Positions 15,092-25,693 of a stretch of DNA of 64,000 nucleotides are shown here, in pieces (position 1 is the first letter of the stretch; each line of letters opens with the position of its first letter). The notes under the pieces were generated by a model that saw only the letters and a program-made list of their open reading frames with translations, searched no databases and was not told the origin of the DNA. This DNA is from Kondoa subrosea (lineage: Eukaryota): assembly GCA_039545335.1 (NCBI GenBank), contig BCIN01000007.1, positions 682,001-746,000 on the forward strand, written 5' to 3'. The position numbers and the translations under genes are program-made.

Positions 15092-15819
15092 TTGGAACTT
15101 TAGAGAGAGCCCTTCACTCATTCGTATAGCTCGTATAAGTCCTGGGCATGCGATGAAAGGTTTGGATGTAAGTTGACGTCGCCTCATGCTCTTGTAAGGC
15201 GACTAATTATCTCGCACAGAAACAATGTACTATCTGTCTAGCTTTTATACATTGTGATTGGTACATCTGGCTCGCCAGAAACAAATGATAACCCTGTGAC
15301 CATCCCCTCTGGTGATTTGATGAGGATCGCTGCGTTATGAACCCATCAGCAACTGCTCGCATTTGCATATGAACAATCTTTCTTTTGACTTGATAGAGAA
15401 GCTGAGCGTGGACAACAAATCGTTGCAAATGGGCTGCTTGACAGTAGTGAGCAGTATTATTGCTGGATTTCTTGCTGCAACCGGTATTGACTGTAGTAAA
15501 AGAGACTCGAGACACAGTCATCTGGAACAAACCATCTTTGCGGCAATCTGAGTACATTCCCACCGAGTTTAGCAGGGAACATTTCCTAGGGAAGGAGATA
15601 AACGAAAAACGGAAAGAACACAAGGCAGTATATGAGAGATAAGGAAACACACTGAACACGACCTTACCTATAGCTAGACTTGCAAATCACAGACCAAAAC
15701 ATGCTGGTGAGAGAGAGACGGAAGAAACAAGCTTAGAGACAGAGAGGCATGAAATATAGTATATACAGAACGCGAGATCCATGTCTGTCAGTAGTCCAAA
15801 GGATTCCCTGTGCACAACA

Positions 15820-17356
15820 TCACTTGACGACTAAGCGCAAAAAAATCGACCAAGAACACCATTGACCATGCTTGAAGCATTCTGAACTGACGCTGGACAC
15901 TAATTTGAACTTGAAGCTGATGACTAAAAGAAATTGACAAACCTGACACGAGCAGAGAATCCGAGCTTTGTTGCTGCACCTGAGCCCAATGCATTCTGGT
16001 AGAGAGTTAGAGTGGAAAAGCTGAACAGGAATTAAGATTGTCTGACCTGATGCATCACATCGGCTGTGAGAAAGCTGATTGCCCGCTTCTTCAGACTAGG
16101 ATGAGTCAGACATGCCCTGAGAAGCCACAGGTTCAGCAAAAGAAAGCAGAATACAATAAATTAGCAACAGACTGGAACAATCGTTGGCCGATCCGCTTGC
16201 GCGTGACTTCTGGTCTGAGATATACGCTCAGAGACAAAGTACTAGTATGTCATGAGTGACAAAAGTGGTATTCACTAGCTGCACATACTGTCGAAAACAG
16301 GGCAACTCATTATATTCGCCAAAGCACATAAAGCTAACAACTTGCTCGTCGATCTGAGCCACAAAGAACTGGCAGCAATTCAATTAGCTTGAGTATCATG
16401 CATAGAACGAAATGTATGTACCGGCAGGTCTAAGTCTAGTAGTCTTTGCATCCAAGGAATTTTTTCAGCAATGGTGAAAGGTCTCGTCAAGCCTCGAGCC
16501 TGTGTATCAATCTGGATCAATACGAGGACCTCAGCATTATTTGCCGACATTACCTTCGTAAACATGATAGCATAGTTCAGACATCCGACCATATCTGGTA
16601 AATCGCGCCATTCCGCTTGTCGGATAATGAGGTCGTTATGATCGAAAGGTGAAATGAAACGTTGAGGTGCAAGCGGACGCGGAAGATGCTGATTATCGGG
16701 GAAACCAAGACCCTGAAGTGATGGAGATGGACCTATGAATTTGCTTGACCAAGTTTCGCCGACCCGAATACCATTCTTCTCTGCTATGTGTTCCAGACTA
16801 TTCGCAAGATGAATTGCTGCAGACGTGCACTTAGATGCTGCTCAACCTACGTTCCGTTGTGGAAAAAGTCGAGCTTTTTGAGAAATGCAATTCCTGCCGT
16901 GTTATGCGACAAGGTGGTACCTATGTACAGCTTAGACCCAGTATGGAAGTAGAAGGAAGAGAGCTCACATAGAACCAAATATAGACGTCTGTCGACAGTA
17001 AAGTCATGTTCCAGGAAAGCCTCAAACAGCTGAGTTGCAACGCCTCTTCGACGGGCTCCGGGCTTGACTAGACATAGAAGAGACACCGTAAATTGCCCTC
17101 CGTCTTCTCTGATAGCTAGTCTGAAAGGTTCAAAAGCGGCCAACCCAACAAGTTCGCCAGTAGCGCTGTATGAAACAAGACAAGGATATCGATTATCCCT
17201 GAGTACATTAAACCAAAGTTCAGCTTGTCGCAAAGATCGAGCGGTGTCTTGTGTGAGAAGCCCTTCTGAGATTACAGCATTATACAGGTCATTGATCGCA
17301 GGCAGGTCTGCTTCAGAAGCATCACGTATGTTCAGAGCCTCCGTGGATTGGGGCAT
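15820..17356 (-). CDS. Tandem double GNAT acetyltransferase (YncA/Pat-like); 3' end approximate
   Basis: Domain 1 reads IRDASEADLPAINDLYN...ARRRGVA. Domain 2, by manual splicing, reads IRQAEWRDLPDMVGCLN...SVYLRPEVTRKRIG...CFKHGQW. Confidence 0.7.
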
Positions 17357-17789
17357 GATTGATATCACCAGAAGAGAGATGCGAACAAGCGCGAAACGTT
17401 CGAATATCATAGCTCGAAGCAGTGCAACTAAAGATAGTGTGCGTTCTCAAGCATAGCAATTTTGGCGTACAATAGAGCATCAATGAATAGGATAGAAACA
17501 TTTGAATAGCAGACTGCAAGTCATGTACTGCTGCTGCCGTTGGCAAGCTTGAGCAGGCAATTTCACTTGAATGTTGTTTTCGTCATTTCGCCTCAGCCGT
17601 GACCTGAGCTGGCTCGGTCTTGATGCACATTTCAATCTCATCAAAGAATGGTATCGTCGGCCTCGTGGAAGGATATATGCCAATTCCGGGTCATGTCATG
17701 GTTTCTGGTCGAGATAATTTAATGCCCTCTCGCTCGCAGACGTCGAAGACAGCGGCAATCCTTTGCAACGGAGCACAATCTCGATCAAC

Positions 17790-18591
17790 ATGGGGTAAGT
17801 GCGACAGTCTTGTCCGACAGCAGGCGCATCTAATGCTTCCCTGAACGAAAGTTGGTATGATGACAATCATCCTGATTACGAGGAAGAGTTTGCAGAAGCA
17901 ATGGGTATGAACAAGGTACAGCGTCTGCATGATTTCCGACTGGGTTGATAATCTGTCACCATATAGTGGTATCAGTACTTCTTGATCGCTTCAATCCGAC
18001 ATGATGGAAACTGACCATGTTATAGAGATCCGGCCCCAGCAGGATGATATAAAGAACCGAAACAAATCGCTTACCCTGAAAGTATCTTTGATGAAAGTAA
18101 ATGGAAGAGGAGTAAAGCGACAGGATCTATCAAGAAGACTTCCTGCAAAACCTTATACTTGCTGATGGATGGGGATTTGTTGAATTTGAAATATCAGAGG
18201 GTACAAAATTCAATGGGTTATGCGGTTCAGAAAGATTATAAGAAGGAAGAAGTGGTTCTCATGTCGTGAGCTATCACCTGCCTTTAGTGACATGATGCTT
18301 AGCAAGATGTAGATGGAGGAAATATGGCGGACCGACAGGATTGAAAGCTGCCAAAGCTGATACCAAAGCCTAAAAAGCAGATCGAGCAGAAAAGAAGGTT
18401 TGCCTTCGTTGAAGTATCAAAGGCTAGTGTTGACAGACATGCAGGCGAGTAGCGTGACCTCTTCTCCAGCTGCCTCGTCATCGAGATCATCTCCATTTAG
18501 AACAACCCCTGCTAAAGCAGACGACGCGGATGATTATTCCCCTTCGCCTTCGAAGAAAAAGGGTAAAAGAGCAGCAGCATGGCCTTATTGA
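17790..18591 (+). pseudogene. XPA C-terminal-like domain gene interrupted by two in-frame stops
   Basis: Spliced frame gives IKKTSCKTLYLLMDGDLLNLKY...YKKEEVVLMSWRKYGGP; TGA at 18045 and TAA at 18371 fall inside exons. Confidence 0.55.
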
Positions 18592-19227
18592 AATAATTGT
18601 AGTGAATTGAAAGAGACAAAGGAACAAATGGGGACTGTGCATGTAGCTAATCGGGTTTCGATTTTGCAATAAATGCAGATTGCAGAAGAGCTTGGTTTCG
18701 GGACTACTAGTACTTGTGCGCAGAGCTTCCTATATACCAAATGTACTGTAGAGGAGAGCAAAAGAAAGCAATTTTTTGCATAACCTTTGAAAGCACCTCA
18801 AGGGTTCGAAAATGGTTATTTCACGCGAAAGGTTTTCTGCTTCTTCTTGAGCTCTAACACGTTCTGACCACTTCATTTCATCTTCTGCTGCGTTGCTAGT
18901 TCGAGAGGGATGAACGAGGCTTCCTATAGCGCATAAGAACGACTCGAGATCAACAAGAACAAGCGCGCAGAGCAAGAGTCCAGCCCAGAGCACGATCTTA
19001 ATAACGTGAATGCAAGTAGAAGAGGCAGTTATCCAGCAAGCACAGCTGCTGAACTCGAACAAAGCAGAATGACATAAGCTGAATTCGAAAGAGAGGGAGA
19101 AGCCTGAGAGGCAAATGAGGGAATTCGAGCAGCTGCAAAGATCTACAGACCAGTGAACAATAAAGAGTGGCTAGAGCTAAGCTGCTCATCGCGATGCGAG
19201 AATGGCTCTGGTCTTCCAAGAACCATC

Positions 19228-19760
19228 ATGTCTGGAGTTGGTGAGTTTGGTCGCGATTGCCAGCTTTAATTTGAGGCTGATTCGCGTACTGTAGCTGCTG
19301 CTAAAGATTGTGCCTGCCCAAGAACTGGAGGAAGTGACGCTGCTGGCTGCTCATGCGGCAATTGCTCCAAGGGTGGGTTGTTGAACAAGTCATGTTAATC
19401 GCACCTGAGCTCTTCCCCAGGCTCATGCAACTGCGGCAAGCTAGATTCATCTTGTGAATGCGGCGGAGAGTGAGCAACATCGATCTCTTTAGCAGAAGCG
19501 GGGTTGACGTATGAATTCTCTATTTCAGCTGCACCAAATGCACTGGTTGCAAGCAGGGCGAGAAGTCTTGCCAGAATGGTGGAAGGTTCGTTCAAGTGTT
19601 TGCGCTCCCACATATAATAGTTGCTGACCCTTGTATATAAATAGCTGCGAGAGCTGCCCGTGCTCGTACGTTCCCAACTCTACAGCCTTGCAATCTGTTA
19701 ATTGATCTCACGCATGACTACAGCTGCAAGAACTGCGGTTGTGCCCAGAAGAGCACTTAG
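19228..19760 (+). CDS. Metallothionein (84 aa, about 19 Cys, six exons)
   Basis: Exons 19228-19240, 19295-19372, 19421-19469, 19529-19585, 19645-19665 and 19724-19760 give MSGVAAAKDCACPRTGGSDAAGCSCGNCSKGSCNCGKLDSSCECGGDCTKCTGCKQGEKSCQNGGSCESCPCSCKNCGCAQKST; CxC/CxxC motifs, no aromatic residues. Confidence 0.9.
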
Positions 19761-19870
19761 GTTGATTGCACCGAGAATGTAGCAAATTGCATGAACGAAA
19801 TCTATTTCTGATCCCTTGAAGTCATTCGCTAGTGTCCTAGTACTTTCCACTCTGTTTCATTGCTGACTTT

Positions 19871-21784
19871 CTATACCTTGCCTCCGACTTTGCTCATCTT
19901 GATTCCTACATCGGGCGCTTCAGCAACGAATTCCAATCCTTCCACTTTCCCATCCTTCTGGAAAGTGAACTTCACTTCTCCAGCACTTCCATTCGCCATA
20001 ATTCTCTTCTGCATATCCAAAACTTTCCCATCTCTTCGAGAAAGGTATCGAGCTTGAGCGAAGAATTCGGTTGCTGATTTAGGTATCAAAGCCCAATAAG
20101 TGAAAGCAACTTCTACATGATAGGAATTTGGGCTGCACATATAGAGAACTGGTTCGAAATTCTTCTCATAAGGTTGAATGTTTGATGCGTTTTGAATATC
20201 GGTACGGATTTGATCAGGAATAGATGGAAGATTTTCAGTCAGACGATTGAAGACGAAGAGCTGATTCTTCTGATTCTTCTGGTACAGGCCACAAAATGAA
20301 AGAAGTTCTTTCTCGGACCGAGTCTCAGTATAAGTTGACCTAGGGTAAGAAGGTAGTTCAGTAAACCAAAGATCTTTGACAGCTGGCGACCAATTGTTCT
20401 GCTTGAGCTTCAATACTTCTTCCAACGCACGTAAAGCGATCGTAATCGACACAGCGTTTCCTCTCAAAGCGCAAGATGCTCGTACAAAAGTACCAAAGCC
20501 TTCTTCGGGCGCTAAGATCATTTCTGTACCCCAGCCGGGCCTAGAAGGACAAATATTAGTGTACTGCCGTTGCATGCCATAGTAGAAGCTTACATAAGTC
20601 CGGAATGATCGTAAAGCTTCTTGCCTTGGTAGATCGATTGATTGTTAGCGCAACCATAACCAATGAACTCAAGGGAAGGATCTATTGTCTTTGCTGCTCC
20701 AGGAGCTTGAATACCGCAAAAAATATGGAACTCGTTATGTTTGGAAAAGATGAATCGAAGTTGCTTGACTGATACAGGTCCATCTTCTGCTTCTTTGATA
20801 TCAGAAGAAGAAGATGATAAGGTTTTGATAACCCAAGAAAGCCATTTCGTTGCATCGTTTGCCGACATGAACAAACCGCCTGGACCATTGGCATCACTTG
20901 AGATCGGATCGCTTTCATTCGTGAAGAGATTGATAGAATGAGCTGTACCATCTTGAGTCACAACAGAAGGAACAGCAGTCTTCTTTGGGTCAGGTCTATA
21001 AGTAGCACTGACCATTCCCAAAGGTTTGAAGACATTTTCTTCCATGAAGTGAGTGAAAGGCATTCCAGACACTCTAGAGACGACTTCAGCCAGGACTGTG
21101 TACATGACGTTGTTGTAAATTAGCTGAGAACGGAAAGGAGCGGCTTGGTGAAATTCAGGCAGAGAGGAAATCATTTGCTTGTGGCTCTGTTCTGCCAAGG
21201 TAAAAGGAATAAACGGCTGAAACTTGGTAACACCACTTCGATCTGGCCATAGCTCATTGAAAAAGCCATGCGATCAGGTGATGCAAAGACTTACGAGCCT
21301 AAACAAGCATCAGCTAGATTCAGACAATATCTCCCCCAAGACAGTGATACTTACAGAGAGATCCAGAACAGTCGCTTCGTTAGTGACTTGCTCATCCGCT
21401 ACTTTGAATTCTGGCAATATGTCTCGAATCCGCGTTTGCCATTTGAGTTTGCCTTGATCAACAAGAATAGCAAGAGCGAGATTGGTGAAGGTCCTTTTAG
21501 CGGATATAAGTGCCAGGATGGAATGAACGAAACTGGACTCACTTCGAGACTGAACCGCTGTTGTATAGGGTGTCGCCAGTAATTGCTGGTCCTTCGATTG
21601 GAGCGCCGTAAGACGCTGTTTCCGACACTAGCTTGCCTTGACTATCGCGACAAACCAGACCAAGCGAGACTAAATGAAACATCAGCTAGGTATGTAGCCA
21701 GACTTGTGAAGGCAGACCATTTGGCACTTGCCATTCACGCAATAAACCGTTGACGAAGCTATCGAATTGAGTTGAGATGGTCAT
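19871..21784 (-). CDS. Serine beta-lactamase-like (AmpC/CubicO family) hydrolase
   Basis: SVSK (SxxK), HRSG, YNN (YxN) and HSG motifs in the expected order. Confidence 0.85.
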
Positions 21785-22011
21785 GGCGCGATTTAAAAAG
21801 AGTACACAAGACAAGATGCCTTTCCAGGGCTAACAAAGGGCAGTGTGTCGACGTACAGAACAATTACGTGAATACTGCACAGCGATGCACGCGTGGAAGA
21901 GATCTAACATAGCCTTCACAGTGCGTGCAGCGAATAGGACAGATTCAGATGAATAGTTAAGATGACCCCGCTCATGAGCTTTGCAAACAAAGATTCGATG
22001 CAAGAACAGTC

Positions 22012-23027
22012 ATGAGCAATGAGATAGAAGAATCACTATTGGAGCAATGGAGAGCGTGAGTCTTCTCCGGAGGAAGCAGATTCACTCTGAAGATGATTCA
22101 AATAGGCAGCAATTGCAAATTGGCACAAATCGAGCAATCTTTCACGACAAGGATCTGTCTTTTGCATGTTCAGATGAACATTCAGATGCCTTTGATCCTG
22201 CAGAAGTCGAGCAGCCAGTAGTCAGACAAACGCAGCCGTCGCCGTTTCTAGATAATTTCGAAGGTCAGTTTGGGCAAAGCGTTGTCAGCCTTGCCAAGCT
22301 CCATTGAGACTTCGTTGCTCAGGTCTCTCTTGCATTGGAGGTCTCGATATTTCTTTTCTCGAAAGCAACGATGCTGTTGCAACCCTTGCTGTTTTGAGCT
22401 ATCCCAATCTGGAACTTCTTGATATCGTATCTGAGCGCATTGTTATGAAAGTTCCTTATGTCCCTTCGTATCTATCATTTCGCGAGTCAGAACCTCTGTC
22501 GCAACTCGTCAATGGTTATCGACATACTGGCAAACCTTTTCCGCAAGTCTTCTTCGTCGATGGCAATGGAAGGAATCACGAGCGTCAATGCGGCTCAGCA
22601 ACAGCTGTTGGAGTACTAGCAGATATCCCCACTGTCGGAGTCGCGAAAGAGTATCACTCTCCCGCTATGTTCCCCGGAGATTGTTTTCGCAATTCTCAGA
22701 AAGGCTTTCGCGCAAAGACAGAACATATGTTCAAGAGACCTGGTGATTGGATCGCTATCCCAGACAATACCTCGTCTACTATACTTGGAGCTGTTAGAGC
22801 ATTCTCTGCTGCTCACGAATGACGAGACTGATCGAATATCATAGGCACTTAAGAGCTGCAAAGCGGGCTCGCGGCCTATCTTTGTGTCTTCCGGTCATCG
22901 AGTCTCGCTATCTACGTCTTTGAAGCTGGCTCTCTTTTGTACGAAGAATGGAAGAATCCCAGAACCAATTCGAATGGCTGATCAGCATTCGAGACAAGAG
23001 ATTAAACGTCTATGGAACGATACATAA
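22012..23027 (+). CDS. ENDOV: Endonuclease V (inosine-specific nuclease)
   Basis: GGLDISF, PYVPSYLSFRE, VDGNG, GVAK, FVSSGHR and RIPEPIRMAD motifs. Confidence 0.92.
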
Positions 23028-23265
23028 AGTCTTCACTTCACATATGCTCTCTTCTGGTTTACACGAATCACGATATCGTTTCAAATACAAAAGGCAATAA
23101 ACAAGAGGTTCGAGCGGATCTGTGCATCCAAAAGACCACATAGCGCATAAGCGCTTTTGTAACACTCTCGGATCGTTTCTCAACAGACTTGCGCTTTGCA
23201 ATATTTCCTTGTCCAACCACTGTCTTACCTTTTTTACTCTTACCCACATACCAGTAACTCACATC

Positions 23266-24083
23266 ATGAACCCAAAGGTTTTGCGTATCTCTCACATCTT
23301 CCTCTTCAGCATGACCATCGTAAGCTTTCTCAACTCCTCTTCTTGCTACTTGGCTGATTTGTTGGTGACAGATTCTCTTATCTCTCGCTTCGCTGTCTAG
23401 TCCTATCATTAAAAGTTTGGGTATGCTAGAAGCTAGAGGATCAGCAGGGATAAGCGCTATGAAAGTGAACGGGAGCTTGACAAGTAAGCGCTCACCTCTC
23501 TAAGATATGTGCGCTTGTGTTAAAAACGAATGTGAAGTTGGAATGTTTGGAGCTTGCTACAAAGTTGGGAACAGGCAAGATTGCACAAAGACGAACCTAG
23601 GCTATGATCTTGGTAAGGTCTAAGCTCACTACCGCTTGATGAATGCTGAGGCTCTCCCGCAGGTTCGTTGAAAGATGTACCGGCCGTTGCGAAAATCCAG
23701 GATTCTTTGAGTTCAGTCACGGTAGCTGCTGTACTGTGTCATCCTTTCGGTATGTCCTTACATACTTGGTTTAAGTGATACTAATCGATTCTTCAATAGC
23801 AATCGGAATTATCCTTATGGCCCTCCTTCTCTCGTTCTCGCCCAAACCAATTCTACAACACGCTGCTCTCTGGGCAGCTTTCCTCGGCTTATTCGTACAC
23901 ACCATTGCCCTTCTACTGGATCTGTTCCTTTATGTTCCAGCTGTGAAGGTTATTCAAGCTACAACACCTTTAGAAGCATATCTGGGACCAGCTTTCTATC
24001 TCGTAGTCATTTCGTTGGCTTTGGCATCACTGGGAACATATATCCAAAGCAAGCTTAGACAAACAATTTTGGGAAAGAAATAA
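23266..24083 (+). CDS. SUR7/PalI-family membrane protein
   Basis: N-terminal transmembrane segment followed by LSSPIIKSL, a GMFGACY...CTKTNLGY cysteine motif and three further hydrophobic helices. Confidence 0.7.
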
Positions 24084-24281
24084 CGGCTCGATACACTTAT
24101 AAGGACACTCATAGAAAAGCATAAGCATTAGCATTCATCATTGAAGATACCACAACATAGACACAAACAGAGAGTACGGAGTCTTTAGATAGCAGACAGT
24201 GCAAAGTTCCTAAAGATAATTGATTGCAAAGATGCGGCTCAAACCGAATGAAGAGATAGTCTAGTCTAATACTTTGAGCTT

Positions 24282-25549
24282 CTATGAAAGAAAGAGCTTC
24301 TTGCAAATCTCTGCAGTCTCTTCTGGGTTGTTGATAGCATGACCGATGGTGCGCTTGTCTTCGTAAATTTCGTAGTCGTTACCGCCTTTGTAAGTCTTGT
24401 CGCCGAACTGAGAGGCACGGTATTAGTACACGGACTCTTTTGACTGGAAGAGAAGACTGACGAAGTGAATTTCCTCGAAACCTTCCGATTCAACGTGGCG
24501 CAAAGCATATGTCTAACATTGGAATTCAGCTAATGCGGCATCAGAAGAAACAGTTTCCGCTGACCTTATCCCAGCCAGTAGGGACTATCCTCAACATCAG
24601 TATCGAGCATGATTACTCAACAGATGAGTACTTACAGACATCGACTATGGTTGCACTCATTAAGTTCAAGGTAGCGATGGTAGAGAAAAAGAGGCTCACA
24701 GGAGATCTGACCACCAATGGAGTAAGTCAAGCCGTAATCTGCAAACTCCTTCTTGAGCGCTTCAACGAAAGGTTTGCGGATGTTGTGTTCCTATTTAAGC
24801 GCAATCAGATGATTGTTCACGAGATGTATAATTGACAAACCTTGTCATACTTTTCAAAGTCATCCCGCTCTTGGTTGCTAGCGTTCCTTCCAACAGGCGA
24901 GACATTGATCATACCCTAAGACGAATTCTTAGCTCCAGATGAAACAGACTGCGACAAACGGAAGACTTACGTTTCTGAACTCAATGAAAGTACCTCTCTT
25001 GACAGGGATATCGAGGTCAGCAATGTAGTGCAACACAAAGTTTGCGAGCTTCTTGTATTTCTCTTCGCCTAACCAACCAATGAAAGATTGCGAAGCGAAT
25101 TCTTTGCCCAACTTGTATGCAGTCAGACCATTTTCAGCAAAGCAGTAATCAAAGTCTTCCGTGACTGCGCAAAAAGAAAGGGTCAGCTTGCTACTTCATG
25201 TCACGCGTGTAAGACGGCACACCTTTGCGTCCGTTTACGCCTAGCTGTTCCTGCTGCTTAGGTAGATCACTACCGCCTACGAAGCCAACGACAACCACTT
25301 TGCGCAGCTCTTGCAGCAGATCCAGCATTTCTGGACTCACCAGCTGGAAAATGTGCCATAAGCGGATGAGACTATACTGAAGCAGCTTCATCTTACCCGA
25401 CGAGCTGGAGTAAGAGTACCATCGACATCGAAGAGGACAAGAGTCTTGCCTTTAGGGCGATCAGAGAAAGCACTTTAATCAAAATATTAGAATGGGAAGT
25501 GAAAGCTTGGACACGCTAGAGCAGCTTACGTGATGGCTTGAGACGACAT
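24282..25549 (-). CDS. SEC53: Phosphomannomutase
   Basis: [23 protein letters not shown] and [14 protein letters not shown] motifs; includes a 9-nt microexon. Confidence 0.95.
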
Positions 25550-25693
25550 GGTAGTACTAGTGTGGATATGTGAGTCGAGTAGAATAGCTGATGCGAAGTT
25601 GATGCTGAAGGTCAAGAGAGAAGATCAAGCTTGGACGCGAAGGTTATGCGAGAGTCTACGTGTAAATGCTGTGCAAAGTACACTTGTACAATA

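Noticed and set aside
15207..15659. 150-aa ORF and splice-like signals on the - strand
   Set aside because: Could not assemble a coherent protein; may be UTR or non-coding.
18045..18047. Selenocysteine or genetic-code reassignment of TGA
   Set aside because: TGA and TAA act as normal terminators in many conserved genes in this window, and no redox motif or SECIS was recognised.
18730..19062. 110-aa hydrophobic ORF on the - strand
   Set aside because: No recognisable motif or convincing start; it overlaps the metallothionein promoter region.
6164..24083. PalC and PalI-like genes as a pH-signalling cluster
   Set aside because: They are about 15 kb apart with many unrelated genes between, and the SUR7/PalI family is broad.
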